Source of the DNA: Octopus bimaculoides
Lineage: Eukaryota
Reading direction: 5' to 3'
Length of the DNA: 64,000 nt
Assembly (NCBI RefSeq): GCF_001194135.2
Contig: NC_068989.1
Span: 1,665,647 to 1,729,646, forward strand
The translations under genes were made by a program, and so were the position numbers. Under the pieces are notes generated by a model. It ran no database searches. It was not told where the DNA came from and worked only from the letters and a program-made list of their open reading frames with translations. Positions within the stretch are counted from its first letter, which is position 1. Each line of letters opens with the position of its first letter. Shown one piece after another: positions 37,611 to 49,616 of the stretch.

Positions 37611-38115
37611 AACGTGTTCTGATCAAAAAGTATGGACACTGGTGTCATAAAAAAGAAAACTCCAACACATATCGATTCTTCGGCGTTTCATCTGCTTCGA
37701 AGAGTTTCCTTCTGAAGCCACACACTTTATCCAGCATCCATCGTTTCCGTTGATGGAAGCATTCCTGGAATTTTTTTGTTTTTGTTTTTTTGAGATAACC
37801 TCATCGCATTCTCTTGGATTCTCTCCATGTCTTGAAAAATTGTTCTTTTCAAGTAGGATTTCAATTTTGCCTGGAACCCGAAGCCATAGACCCCCGATTC
37901 GTCATCTGTTATGACCGTTTTCAAGAAGTTTTCCACGGTACAATCAAGGATATCTTGCGCAGCTGAGACCTGGTCTTCTTTTCGAGACGACGACACTCTA
38001 CACACTTTACTTCCAAGCACTGCTAAAAACAACGGAGGTGAGCGAGACCGTTGTAACATATGTCTTTAGCTCCGTTACTATAGCAACAACCACCATATTT
38101 TTTGATCAGATCTCG
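37611..38115 (-). mobile_element. Internally deleted mariner element with both TIRs
   Basis: The left end AACGTGTTCTGATCAAAAAGTATGG matches the right end plus TA (reverse complement TACGAGATCTGATCAAAAAATATGG) at 21/25. Internal minus-strand remnants: QVSAAQDILDCTVENFLKTVITDDESGVYGF (first catalytic D region) and FQECFHQRKRW...FEAD (C-terminus). Confidence 0.85.
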
Positions 38116-38646
38116 TAAAAACCAGACAAGGCTGACATCAATGAAACCTGATAACCCCTACCTCACCGCAAGTCTTTAATCAATATTATAAATCGTAATT
38201 TGCTAAGTTCTAGGAGCAATCAAAAATCCTTTGGATTCGTCTGATCCTGTATGGTGACAAAAACCACCAGGGAAATATGATTTAATTTAGCGTTATAGAG
38301 AATCTCTATCAGTCAAATACACTGAAATTCGATATTTTCAAGAACATTTCAAGACCGACAAGAAGTCCCTTGTCATTCGCTCGACTTAGGAAAAGCAGCC
38401 AAGTCTGTTTCAAAGAATGCCACATGTGTTTTGGGTTCCTTGAGCCTTCAATGACGTGTATTGCAAGTCACATTCTTTGACGAAATCTGTCACCTACAAA
38501 AAAGTGAATAATACATTAACTGATATTGCGAAAAATCACCGAGCTGAATGAAAACTCGGTGTATACAACAGAAACAACATCAACTTAATATATATCAATA
38601 TCAATATACAATATCTGTACATCACTTCAAAAACTCTCTACAAACA

Positions 38647-38694
<48 letters not shown>

Positions 38695-40281
38695 TAAACT
38701 TTTTTAGTAGTGTATAGAATAAGATATTAGCAATAATGAAAATGTTAGTCAGACGAAATGACGGAATTATTCCTTAATTCGTTTATATACAGGTACGGAA
38801 AGTCTTCAAATTCTTCAAGGAAATGGAATAAATTAAAGGAAAAGAAAAGAACGTAAAATAAAGAAGAANNNNNNNNNNNNNNNNNNNNNNNNNNNNNNNN
38901 NNNNNNNNNNNNNNNNNNNNNNNNNNNNNNNNNNNNNNNNNNNNNNNNNNNNNNNNNNNNNNNNNNNNNNNNNNNNNNNNNNNNNNNNNNNNNNNNNNNN
39001 NNNNNNNNNNNNNNNNNNNNNNNNNNNNNNNNNNNNNNNNNNNNNNNNNNNNNNNNNNNNNNNNNNNNNNNNNNNNNNNNNNNNNNNNNNNNNNNNNNNN
39101 NNNNNNNNNNNNNNNNNNNNNNNNNNNNNNNNNNNNNNNNNNNNNNNNNNNNNNNNNNNNNNNNNNNNNNNNNNNNNNNNNNNNNNNNNNNNNNNNNNNN
39201 NNNNNNNNNNNNNNNNNNNNNNNNNNNNNNNNNNNNNNNNNNNNNNNNNNNNNNNNNNNNNNNNNNNNNNNNNNNNNNNNNNNNNNNNNNNNNNNNNNNN
39301 NNNNNNNNNNNNNNNNNNNNNNNNNNNNNNNNNNNNNNNNNNNNNNNNNNNNNNNNNNNNNNNNNNNNNNNNNNNNNNNNNNNNNNNNNNNNNNNNNNNN
39401 NNNNNNNNNNNNNNNNNNNNNNNNNNNNNNNNNNNNNNNNNNNNNNNNNNNNNNNNNNNNNNNNNNNNNNNNNNNNNNNNNNNNNNNNNNNNNNNNNNNN
39501 NNNNNNNNNNNNNNNNNNNNNNNNNNNNNNNNNNNNNNNNNNNNNNNNNNNNNNNNNNNNNNNNNNNNNNNNNNNNNNNNNNNNNNNNNNNNNNNNNNNN
39601 NNNNNNNNNNNNNNNNNNNNNNNNNNNNNNNNNNNNNNNNNNNNNNNNNNNNNNNNNNNNNNNNNNNNNNNNNNNNNNNNNNNNNNNNNNNNNNNNNNNN
39701 NNNNNNNNNNNNNNNNNNNNNNNNNNNNNNNNNNNNNNNNNNNNNNNNNNNNNNNNNNNNNNNNNNNNNNNNNNNNNNNNNNNNNNNNNNNNNNNNNNNN
39801 NNNNNNNNNNNNNNNNNNNNNNNNNNNNNNNNNNNNNCATATACAAGCTCCTACTTTCACTGATGATTTGAAATTAAGGTGAAATGTCCGGAGTTTTTCT
39901 CTTTTAGTTACTTATTTATGTAACTTTTTTTCTCACAAAATACTTTTAACTTAATGTTTCTAGCATCAAATATACTTTAAGTATATATTTTTATTTGCCA
40001 CGCATCTGGTGACTGCGGATGGTTTAACATCCAAAGATACCTCTCTCAATCTTTTTCTCTTGCTCTCTCCTTCAATGCCAACACTTATACAATTTTGCAC
40101 ATTTAACTCAGTGATTCAGTGATCAATACTTTTGTGGCTATGCAAAAGTATTTCAAACGGGTGTGAAACGCCAGAGGCTGGTGATTAAATTAGATAATGA
40201 AACCAATCAATAAGATTTTAACTTTTGCCTCCCGTATTTTCAGTTTTCAGATTTTATGGTGTTCCTATCGTTTATAACAAG

Positions 40282-40435
40282 GCGGTGAAATGGCACAATT
40301 GTTATCATGCCGGACAAAATGATTAGCAGCATTTCTTCTGGCTATTTACGTTTTGAGTTCATATCTTGCCGAGGTCAAATTTGATTTTCATCCCTTCGCA
40401 GTCGTAAAATAAAGTACCAGTCAAATACTCAGATT
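40282..40435 (+). mobile_element. SINE family C, degenerate
   Basis: GGCGGTGAAATGGCACAATTGTTATCATGCCGGACAAAATGATTAGC...TAAAGTACCAGTC. Confidence 0.8.
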
Positions 40436-41021
40436 GGTGGTGTTGTTGTTGTTCCCTAGATTTGACTAGATTAAACAGACATAATAAAAGACAATCCAGC
40501 CATGACCTTTAAATCTTTTGTTTTCATTCAGAGTCTATCAAAAAGTACATTTCTCTGTGTCTTTTCTTTGTTAAGACTGTAGGCTGTCCTTCGAGGGAGA
40601 TTTGGCTGCTATTTCTAAGAAATCGGCAATAGCGTAAAGACGACCTTTTCCGCGGGAATTTTATTAATATTCTTAAAATTATTAAAAAGTTCGAGATTTA
40701 TTCGAAAAGTGAGCAAAGTGTGAAGTTGTGGTGTTTATGCCAGTCCTTTGGATATTAGGCTTTGGAAGAAGCTGCACCTGAGTTTATCGAATGAATTTAG
40801 CGCCATAAAGCAGGATGCAGGGCCCACTCCCTGGCAATAATGAAACGATGGAGAGATTGATAAACGAACCAGAACTTGTGTTACATCTGATAAAATTAAT
40901 GAGTAACTTTAAGAGTTTTCTTCTGTAGATTTTTATCTATCAACCCCTCCCCCCTCCGGCACCTTTCGATTTCTTTCCCACCACCACCACCACCATCTCT
41001 CGCTCTCTCATGCACGCACAC

Positions 41022-41058
<37 letters not shown>

Positions 41059-42322
41059 ACAAACTATTTCTCTCTCTTTTTCTCTCTCTCCCTTTCTTTC
41101 TCTCTTTCTCTGTCCCTATACATATGTGCGTGAGCGTGTGTGCGTGTATGCNNNNNNNNNNNNNNNNNNNNNNNNNNNNNNNNNNNNNNNNNNNNNNNNN
41201 NNNNNNNNNNNNNNNNNNNNNNNNNNNNNNNNNNNNNNNNNNNNNNNNNNNNNNNNNNNNNNNNNNNNNNNNNNNNNNNNNNNNNNNNNNNNNNNNNNNN
41301 NNNNNNNNNNNNNNNNNNNNNNNNNNNNNNNNNNNNNNNNNNNNNNNNNNNNNNNNNNNNNNNNNNNNNNNNNNNNNNNNNNNNNNNNNNNNNNNNNNNN
41401 NNNNNNNNNNNNNNNNNNNNNNNNNNNNNNNNNNNNNNNNNNNNNNNNNNNNNNNNNNNNNNNNNNNNNNNNNNNNNNNNNNNNNNNNNNNNNNNNNNNN
41501 NNNNNNNNNNNNNNNNNNNNNNNNNNNNNNNNNNNNNNNNNNNNNNNNNNNNNNNNNNNNNNNNNNNNNNNNNNNNNNNNNNNNNNNNNNNNNNNNNNNN
41601 NNNNNNNNNNNNNNNNNNNNNNNNNNNNNNNNNNNNNNNNNNNNNNNNNNNNNNNNNNNNNNNNNNNNNNNNNNNNNNNNNNNNNNNNNNNNNNNNNNNN
41701 NNNNNNNNNNNNNNNNNNNNNNNNNNNNNNNNNNNNNNNNNNNNNNNNNNNNNNNNNNNNNNNNNNNNNNNNNNNNNNNNNNNNNNNNNNNNNNNNNNNN
41801 NNNNNNNNNNNNNNNNNNNNNNNNNNNNNNNNNNNNNNNNNNNNNNNNNNNNNNNNNNNNNNNNNNNNNNNNNNNNNNNNNNNNNNNNNNNNNNNNNTTT
41901 GCGACTAATCTATTAATCCACATCAGAACAGTACATCCTATCTAATCAACGATTATGAATAATTTGATAACTTGTATGCATTTATCTTTATCTATCTGAT
42001 GTGTGTGGTGGGGAGGGGCGAGTGTGTGGGCGTGTGTGTTTCATGTTTATGTGCCACCTTCCTTTTCCTCCCTGCCTCTCGATCTCTCTCCCTCTCTTTC
42101 CCTTCTCCACTCTCCCTCCTACTCTTTCTCTCTGTCTTTCTCTGTCCCTCCCTCTCTCTCTCTCACATTCTCCCCTCTCTCTCTCTCAGCCTCTGGCTGT
42201 AAAGTATTGGCAGAGTTGTTAGAACGTTGGATACCTGGTGGTATTTAATCATTCTTTTGCTCTTTGAATCCAAATTACGCCGGAGTCATCTGTACTTTTC
42301 TCCCGATCGAGGACCATAAACA

Positions 42323-42835
42323 ATGAGACCAAGGAGGTGGAACTGGCAGAACTGGTATGCGCATGTACCAAGTAAAGTTATGCAGGAGGACGGGAAAGTA
42401 AGGATACTCTGGGACTATGGTTTTCAGACGGATCGTGTAATCGAATACCGTTGGCCAGACATTGTTATATTGAGTAAGAGAGAGAAATACTGTCAGATCG
42501 TTGATGTAGCCATACCAAATGACATGAACGTTGTGAGTAAAGAGGTTGGAAAAATCCCCAAGTACTCCGAATTGAAAGTGGAAATGGCAAGACTGTACGA
42601 AAGCGAGAGGGTAATGTAAAAGTGATACCAGTGGTGATCGGAGCGTTGGGCTCAATCCCATTGACACTTCAAGACTTCTTAAGGCAACTGGAAATCCAAT
42701 GCCAGATTGATGTCTTGCAAAAAGCAGCCTTATTGGGCACAGCAAACATCTTAAGGAAACTATTATCTGTCTGAGGTCCTTGTTGTGACTTGACAGAAGA
42801 CTGAAGACTCCGGTGCATTTTACTGTGTTACGAAG

Positions 42836-42896
<61 letters not shown>
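42323..42896 (+). mobile_element. R4/Dong-like LINE 3' end with UTR and (TAA)n tail
   Basis: NWYAHVPSKVMQEDGKVRILWDYGFQTDRVIEYRWPDIVILSKREKYCQIVDVAIPND...KYSELKVEMARLY/VKVIPVVIGALGSIP...LQKAALLGTANILRKLLSV* (stop 42772-74); (TAA)n at 42837-42896. Confidence 0.93.
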
Positions 42897-43085
42897 CCTT
42901 TCTATTATAGACACAAAGGCTGGATTTTTGTGGGAGGGAGACAATCGACCATATCGATCCCAGTACCTGAGTGGTACTTTATTTATCGACCCGAAAGGAT
43001 GAAAGTCAAAGTCGACCTCGGCGGAATTTGAACTCAGAACGTAGCGATAGACGAAATACCGCTAAGCATTTCGCCCGGCGTCCTA
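42896..43085 (-). mobile_element. SINE family C, tail-to-tail with the LINE
   Basis: CCTTTCTATTATAGACACAAAGGC...GTCGACCTCGGCGGAATTTGAACTCAGAACG...CCGCTAAGCATTTCGCCCGGCG is the reverse complement of family C. Confidence 0.9.
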
Positions 43086-43304
43086 ACAACAAGAACAACA
43101 ATAATGATAATAATAACAACAACAACTAAATAAATGAATAAATATGTATATGTAAAGAGAAACTTTAATGAAAGAGTGAAGCACTAATCAGTTCATTAAA
43201 TAAAACCAATTAAGATGAAGCAAATTATTAAGAATTTTTAGATTTGGCAGATTATTACATTTTGGTAACAACTGACAACGAGACATGTTTGGGGCGTGGA
43301 AGAT

Positions 43305-43372
<68 letters not shown>

Positions 43373-43519
43373 CTCTTTGTTTCTTTCTCTTTCTCTCTTT
43401 CTCTTCCTCATTCTCTTTCTCTTTCATTCTTTCCATCTCTATACACATGCGCGCGCACACACACACATAAATAGATTTTGGAAATGCTTGAATAGGAGTC
43501 TGTGTTATGTATGGAAGCT

Positions 43520-43551
<32 letters not shown>

Positions 43552-43864
43552 TGTATGTATGTATGTATGTATGCGTGTACATACGTTTTCTTTCTAATTG
43601 GAGTATAAGCGGTTATTTGACTGGCTGCCAGATTGGCAGCAAGATTCTAACGAAAATATCAATTTAAAATATCTTGATTTTTTCATCATTCTTTGACAAC
43701 GATTCGCGCTTTATGTATTAAAATAAGTTTTGCTGTAGTTTCGTGATATAAAAATTCGGTTTCAACAAACCAAATATTCTACAACATATTGTGTCGAGTC
43801 AAAAGTTTTGCAATATTTTGGTAAGTTATTTGCTCTCTTCGTTGTTACAACAACAACGGCCTGG

Positions 43865-43945
43865 CATTCAATGTCGAGGAGTTTCTCTTGCGCTCGCGAC
43901 GCTTCACCAACCAAGAAGAATTGGAAGCTTCAGTGAAGGATTTGG
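43865..43945 (+). mobile_element. Possible mariner transposase C-terminal remnant
   Basis: FLLRSRRFTNQEELEASVKD resembles the mariner L.G.RF....EV...V.EF motif; short, with no TIR seen. Confidence 0.4.
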
Positions 43946-44064
43946 TTTGCAAGATTCTTAATGTGAGTTCGTGTGTTGAAGCATATTCTGTTGTGTCGGG
44001 GGAGAGTCATTCTCTTTTGGTACCTTATAATTTAACACACTCACCGGTTTTGTTAGAATACCAC

Positions 44065-44180
44065 TTTGCCTTTCATCCTTTAGGGGTCAATAAATTAAGT
44101 ACCAGTTGCATACTGGGGTCGATCTAATCGACTGGCCCCCTCCCCCAAAATTTCGGGCCTTGTGCCTAGAGAAGGGATTC
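44065..44180 (+). mobile_element. SINE family C, 3' half
   Basis: TTTGCCTTTCATCCTTTAGGGGTCAATAAATTAAGTACCAG...GGGGTCGATCTAATCGACT...GGCCTTGTGCCTAGAGAAGGGATT. Confidence 0.85.
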
Positions 44181-45018
44181 TAACAAAATCTATCATAAAA
44201 AATATAAGAAAAAATAAATTAAAATGAAGAAATGTTCCTACAGCTTNNNNNNNNNNNNNNNNNNNNNNNNNNNNNNNNNNNNNNNNNNNNNNNNNNNNNN
44301 NNNNNNNNNNNNNNNNNNNNNNNNNNNNNNNNNNNNNNNNNNNNNNNNNNNNNNNNNNNNNNNNNNNNNNNNNNNNNNNNNNNNNNNNNNNNNNNNNNNN
44401 NNNNNNNNNNNNNNNNNNNNNNNNNNNNNNNNNNNNNNNNNNNNNNNNNNNNNNNNNNNNNNNNNNNNNNNNNNNNNNNNNNNNNNNNNNNNNNNNNNNN
44501 NNNNNNNNNNNNNNNNNNNNNNNNNNNNNNNNNNNNNNNNNNNNNNNNNNNNNNNNNNNNNNNNNNNNNNNNNNNNNNNNNNNNNNNNNNNNNNNNNNNN
44601 NNNNNNNNNNNNNNNNNNNNNNNNNNNNNNNNNNNNNNNNNNNNNNNNNNNNNNNNNNNNNNNNNNNNNNNNNNNNNNNNNNNNNNNNNNNNNNNNNNNN
44701 NNNNNNNNNNNNNNNNNNNNNNNNNNNNNNNNNNNNNNNNNNNNNNNNNNNNNNNNNNNNNNNNNNNNNNNNNNNNNNNNNNNNNNNNNNNNNNNNNNNN
44801 NNNNNNNNNNNNNNNNNNNNNNNNNNNNNNNNNNNNNNNNNNNNNNNNNNNNNNNNNNNNNNNNNNNNNNNNNNNNNNNNNNNNNNNNNNNNNNNNNNNN
44901 NNNNNNNNNNNNNNNNNNNNNNNNNNNNNNNNNNNNNNNNNNNNNNNNNNNNNNNNNNNNNNNNNNNNNNNNNNNNNNNNNNNNNNNNNNNNNNNNNNNN
45001 NNNNNNNNNNNNNNNNNN

Positions 45019-45051
<33 letters not shown>

Positions 45052-45079
45052 GCATGTATGTATGTATATACATATATGC

Positions 45080-45115
<36 letters not shown>

Positions 45116-45390
45116 GTCTGTGTGTATGTATATATATACACATATACAATACACACATTTACATACACACATTACACACACACACGCACGCATACTTATA
45201 TCCTTACATGCGTGTTTGTAAATAAGGAGAGAGAGAGAGAAAAACAAGAGAGAGAGAGAGAGAGAGTGTGTGTGTGTGTGTGAGAGAGAGAGAAGGGGAG
45301 GAGAGAATGTTCCACACAGAATAACAATAATCTAAACAATTCCACTCGCATCAACAACAATCAATATCAGTTACATTCAAACAATCAACA

Positions 45391-45423
<33 letters not shown>

Positions 45424-45587
45424 TTACTTACATACTTCTACACACACAACACACACACAATTACACACACTTGCTAAGTAAGTGTATGAATGGAAATTAG
45501 TATTTAAAGTGTCAAACTTCCTTGAAACTGTTTTTGTATTCGCTTTTCATTACCTTTTCGCCACGTCGTCGCCGTCGTTGCCGTGCC

Positions 45588-45645
<58 letters not shown>

Positions 45646-46394
45646 GGTGGTGGTGGTGGTTATAGTGGTGATTGTGATATCGGTGTTGTTGATGCCAAGC
45701 AGTCCTTATGATCAAAGAATGACGTCCCTAATCTTCACAATTCCGCCCTTTATCTTTTTCTCCCTCACATTGTGCTCTGCAGACAATTGCATTATCCAAT
45801 ACGACCGTCTCCATTTTAACATAAAGGCATATTCTCACATAGAGAGAGAGAGGTTTAACAGTTATTTCTAGCAGGTTTTAATGACCTTGTGCAGACTACT
45901 ACTTTTGTTCCTCATTTTCCAAGAACGTCTTCTGGCTGATTGCGTTTATGAAGCAGTTCCGTTTCCTTGTTATTTTTTTACAGTTTATTTCCTGATAGTT
46001 GTTTCGTAGAATAAGCTCGAAACGTCTTCAGAATTACGCTACGTAAGTGACATTTGATATCTCTATTATAAGAATTATAGCTAATCCTATGAACGCGCTG
46101 GATAACGATAATCTTCCACGTATTACGAGTGTTGTTTTGATGTCTCCTGCCGAGTGATAGTTTACATATTGGTTTCATACTTTGTGCGCAAGGCCAGCAA
46201 TTTGTGGGTAGGAACAAGGTTATTACATCGAACCCCAATGATAAACTGGTACTTATTTTATCGACTCCAAAACTGTAGCCTGGATAACTGTAAGCATGCA
46301 GCACGACACAAAGAAAAAAACTGGAGAGTTTTGACATGTCGACTGCAAGATGCAGGAATAATACATGGCTGATAATTTGTTATTCTGACAATAA

Positions 46395-46560
46395 TATTGG
46401 TACAAAACTAGCAAATTCAGGGGAGAGGGACAGTCAGTACTCAACCTCGAAAGGATAAAATGCAAAACCGATGTCGGTGGTATTTGAACTCAGAACGTAC
46501 AGACGACAAAATACCACGAAGCATTTTGCCCGGCGGGCTAACGATTTTGCCAGCTCACCG
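46395..46560 (-). mobile_element. SINE family C
   Basis: TTTGAACTCAGAACGTACAGACGACAAAATACCACGAAGCATTTTGCCCGGCGGGCTAACGATTTTGCCAGCTCACCGCC. Confidence 0.82.
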
Positions 46561-46589
46561 CCACGATTATTCTGACAAAACATTAATTC

Positions 46590-46760
46590 TCGGAGATATT
46601 CAGGATGACATGGAGTGTGACAAGGCTGGTCCCTTTTGAATTACAGGTTCAGCTCATTTTTGTCAGCTGAGTGGAATGAAACAATGTGGAATAACTTACC
46701 AAAATTACGACCGTACGATCGTGCACCGAATACCACAACCGCCAAAGCACGCGCCTTCAC
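46590..46760 (-). mobile_element. SINE family B fragment
   Basis: GTGTGACAAGGCTGGTCCCTTTTGAATTACAGG...CATTTTTGTCAGCTGAGTGG...ACCACAACC matches the reverse complement of 5352-5520. Confidence 0.75.
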
Positions 46761-47073
46761 TTCTTAGTCTGTTAATGAGAAGATGACTATAAGTCAAGCA
46801 CAAAGCCACAAAAACAGTCTAAAATATATTTAAAACGATGATGGACAAAGATCAGAACTTTGATTAGAAGCGAAGCAGGGAATAGCCATGTTGTGACAAT
46901 TTGAGATGGATGGCATCAGAGGTATTTCTTGACCAAAGTAATTTAACGTCATTCTTTGCGCTTTCACAGTGAAGCTAATGAAACACCAACAGAATGAATC
47001 TGTTAAAAGGACAACTCAATATGTTACATCTTCATAAAGATATCATAAGAATGGAGTTCTCAAATAAATGGTA

Positions 47074-47131
<58 letters not shown>

Positions 47132-47187
47132 NNNNNNNNNNGTGTGTGTGTGTGTGTGTTTTGTGAGTGTGTGTACGTGCGTGTATT

Positions 47188-47251
<64 letters not shown>

Positions 47252-47469
47252 ACTGTCAAGCTATTTATACAGTTCTATTAACACATCCATATTTCTTTCT
47301 CACACACACATTTCCACACACATACTCTGTCTCTCTTTCTCTACTTGTTCCTCTCTCGTTCTTTCTCTCTCTCTCTATCTCTCTTTCTTCCTTCCTTTCG
47401 TCATCTCCATCCTCGTTTCGGTTCCTCTGTGACTTGGATTTCTAAAAGGATAAGTGCCCTGACACAGAA

Positions 47470-47930
47470 AATGCATTTACACACAACCCTTTCCTTATCT
47501 CATATCTTCATCATCATCATCTTCGTAATCGTAATCGCCACCAACACCACACCACCACCACCACCACCACCACCACCATCACCATCACCATCATCATCAC
47601 CATCATTGCCAGCACCTCGTCATCAATTGCAGCTATAGCGTCGTCGTCACCCTCGTCGTCATCATGATCGTTGTCGCTGCCACCTCATCATCACACTTAT
47701 CCACCACCGCCTCCTCCTCCTTGTCATCATCATCATCATCATCATCTTCATCATCACCATCATCACCACCACCACCATCAGCAGCAGCAGCATCACCATC
47801 ACCATCATCATGTTCTCCATCACGATCACCATCACCATCATCATCATCGTCGTTATCATTACCGTCATCATCACTATCTTCCATCGTCATCATCATCATC
47901 ATCTTCATCATCATCATCATCATCATCGTT
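47470..47930. repeat. Long compound (CAT/CAC/CAG/CGT)n microsatellite
   Basis: Direct reading; source of the poly-H/S/D/M ORFs in several frames. Confidence 0.92.
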
Positions 47931-49104
47931 ATTCCTTTCCATTAAAAAAATAATTAAAATTTAAAAAACCAACGCGGGAGAAGAAGGCTGCTATCATTGA
48001 AAACGAAACGCTCTTGAAGACAATTGCCATTCTGTTGGCGAGGGAAGCGAAAGGGAGCATTTCCTGTTGGGCTTATTTTGTTCTGCCTTCAGTTTGTTGT
48101 TATCACCTTTTACAGATAAACTTGATATGCTGAAGTGAAGAGTGAAATTGTGTGCCAATAGCGCCCTCTGTGTAAGTATATACTTTTGACGTACAACGCA
48201 AACACACACACAGAGACACACACACACAAACACACAGACACACAGACACACACAGGCACGCACGCACATAAAGATAAACGTGCAAATGCGAAGACATATA
48301 TCTCGTATATCTCATATACATATTGTATATCATTAGTTTTTATATATACGCAAATAATGTATACACAATAATGAAAACCACAAAACGTGCTTTGAAATAA
48401 GCGTTCATAATTACATTTGTGCATATATAGACACAATTTAGTGACTTTTATATACACACATATATACCTACTTACATACGTACATATACATGCATATATA
48501 TGAAAAAAGTGCGTATGTATATATACGTATGTATGTATGTATATACACATATATACATATATATATACATACACACGCACACAAACACACTATTGCAACC
48601 AATTCTCCACCGAGTCAGTGATCGTTTACATAGCAGGGAGTCTCTACCGAGTTAGCATCGATCTTTCGCTTCACTTACACTGCTAGTGAAATTAGGGAAT
48701 GCATTCGGGCCACCTCTTCTTAATTCCTACTCTCTAGAATGTAAGTGAATATAGATCAATATTGTTAGAATTAAATGAATTATTCAGTTTCCGTGAGGCC
48801 ACAACCGAAAATAACTACAATGTGATATAAATTCGCAATTATTATCGGTTAATTTGTAATCCGATATCTAATCACCTCGCCATTTCGTCTATACTTTCAG
48901 TCGATCAGTATTACGTATTCTTAGAAAATATATAATGAAGTACATAGTTGTGAGTACAGAATTGTCAATAGATGGCATTCTTCAGCTCTAAGACAGATTG
49001 TATCATTATCTCGTTCTGGGGAAAATAAAAATCAGGGCTATTTTCTTGACGCTGGATTAATTGTCCGAAGCGTCAGTGGTGCTTCTTTACTTTTATGTCA
49101 GTAA

Positions 49105-49616
49105 CCCATTAACTGCCAAATTCTTTTATTCATATTTTTTGGCTTTGCCAAGTGTCTTAGAAGTTAAAATGATATATAGCATTTAAATTTTCCTCATATG
49201 TGAATTATTTTGGAAATTATGATAAATTTTTCAAAAAGTCCCAAATGGGGATCGCTGAAAAAAAAAGTATATTTATCTTTTTCTATTCAATTGCAAAAAT
49301 AAACATTTTAGTTTGTTTGAAACTATAGAATCAATGCGAATGTATATGAAATATCAATGAATGATATAAATGGGAAATGCAAAAACAAAAAAAAAAAGAA
49401 CTTTTCAAAACAGTCAATATTTTTGTAGTTCAAAAAGTGCAATTTATGCCATAAAATGTCCTCTGGATAATAATGACAAACTTTAACTCCTAAATATTGT
49501 TAAACACACCTCTGCAAACGTTATGTCCGTAAGCAATTCACTTTAAATACAACAAACAACCGGCAGGGAAACTGTTTTTAACAGGTCCCTAAACGGGGCT
49601 CGTGGCAGGCAAGGGG
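49105..49616. mobile_element. piggyBac-like MITE (about 510 bp, AT-rich interior)
   Basis: Left (G)TAA|CCCATTAACTGCCA and right TGGCAGGCAAGGGG|TTAA (49617-20). The inverted ends match at 14/17 including TAA. CCC...GGG ends with TTAA are the piggyBac signature. Confidence 0.65.

Noticed and set aside
39858-39880. CTGATGA...GAAA hammerhead-like core (CTGATGA also at about 7405 and 10743)
   Set aside because: No stem II between CTGATGA and GAAA and no closing stems I/III.
47633-47964. Poly-His/Ser/Asp/Met ORFs, and similar poly-CV, HT, YI, SL and poly-L/V/T ORFs throughout
   Set aside because: Trinucleotide and dinucleotide microsatellites open in several frames on both strands, with no complex coding sequence or splice context.
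48152-48175. CTCF-like half site (reverse complement CAGAGGGCGCTA)
   Set aside because: Only the 3' half of the motif matches; not supportable without ChIP data.
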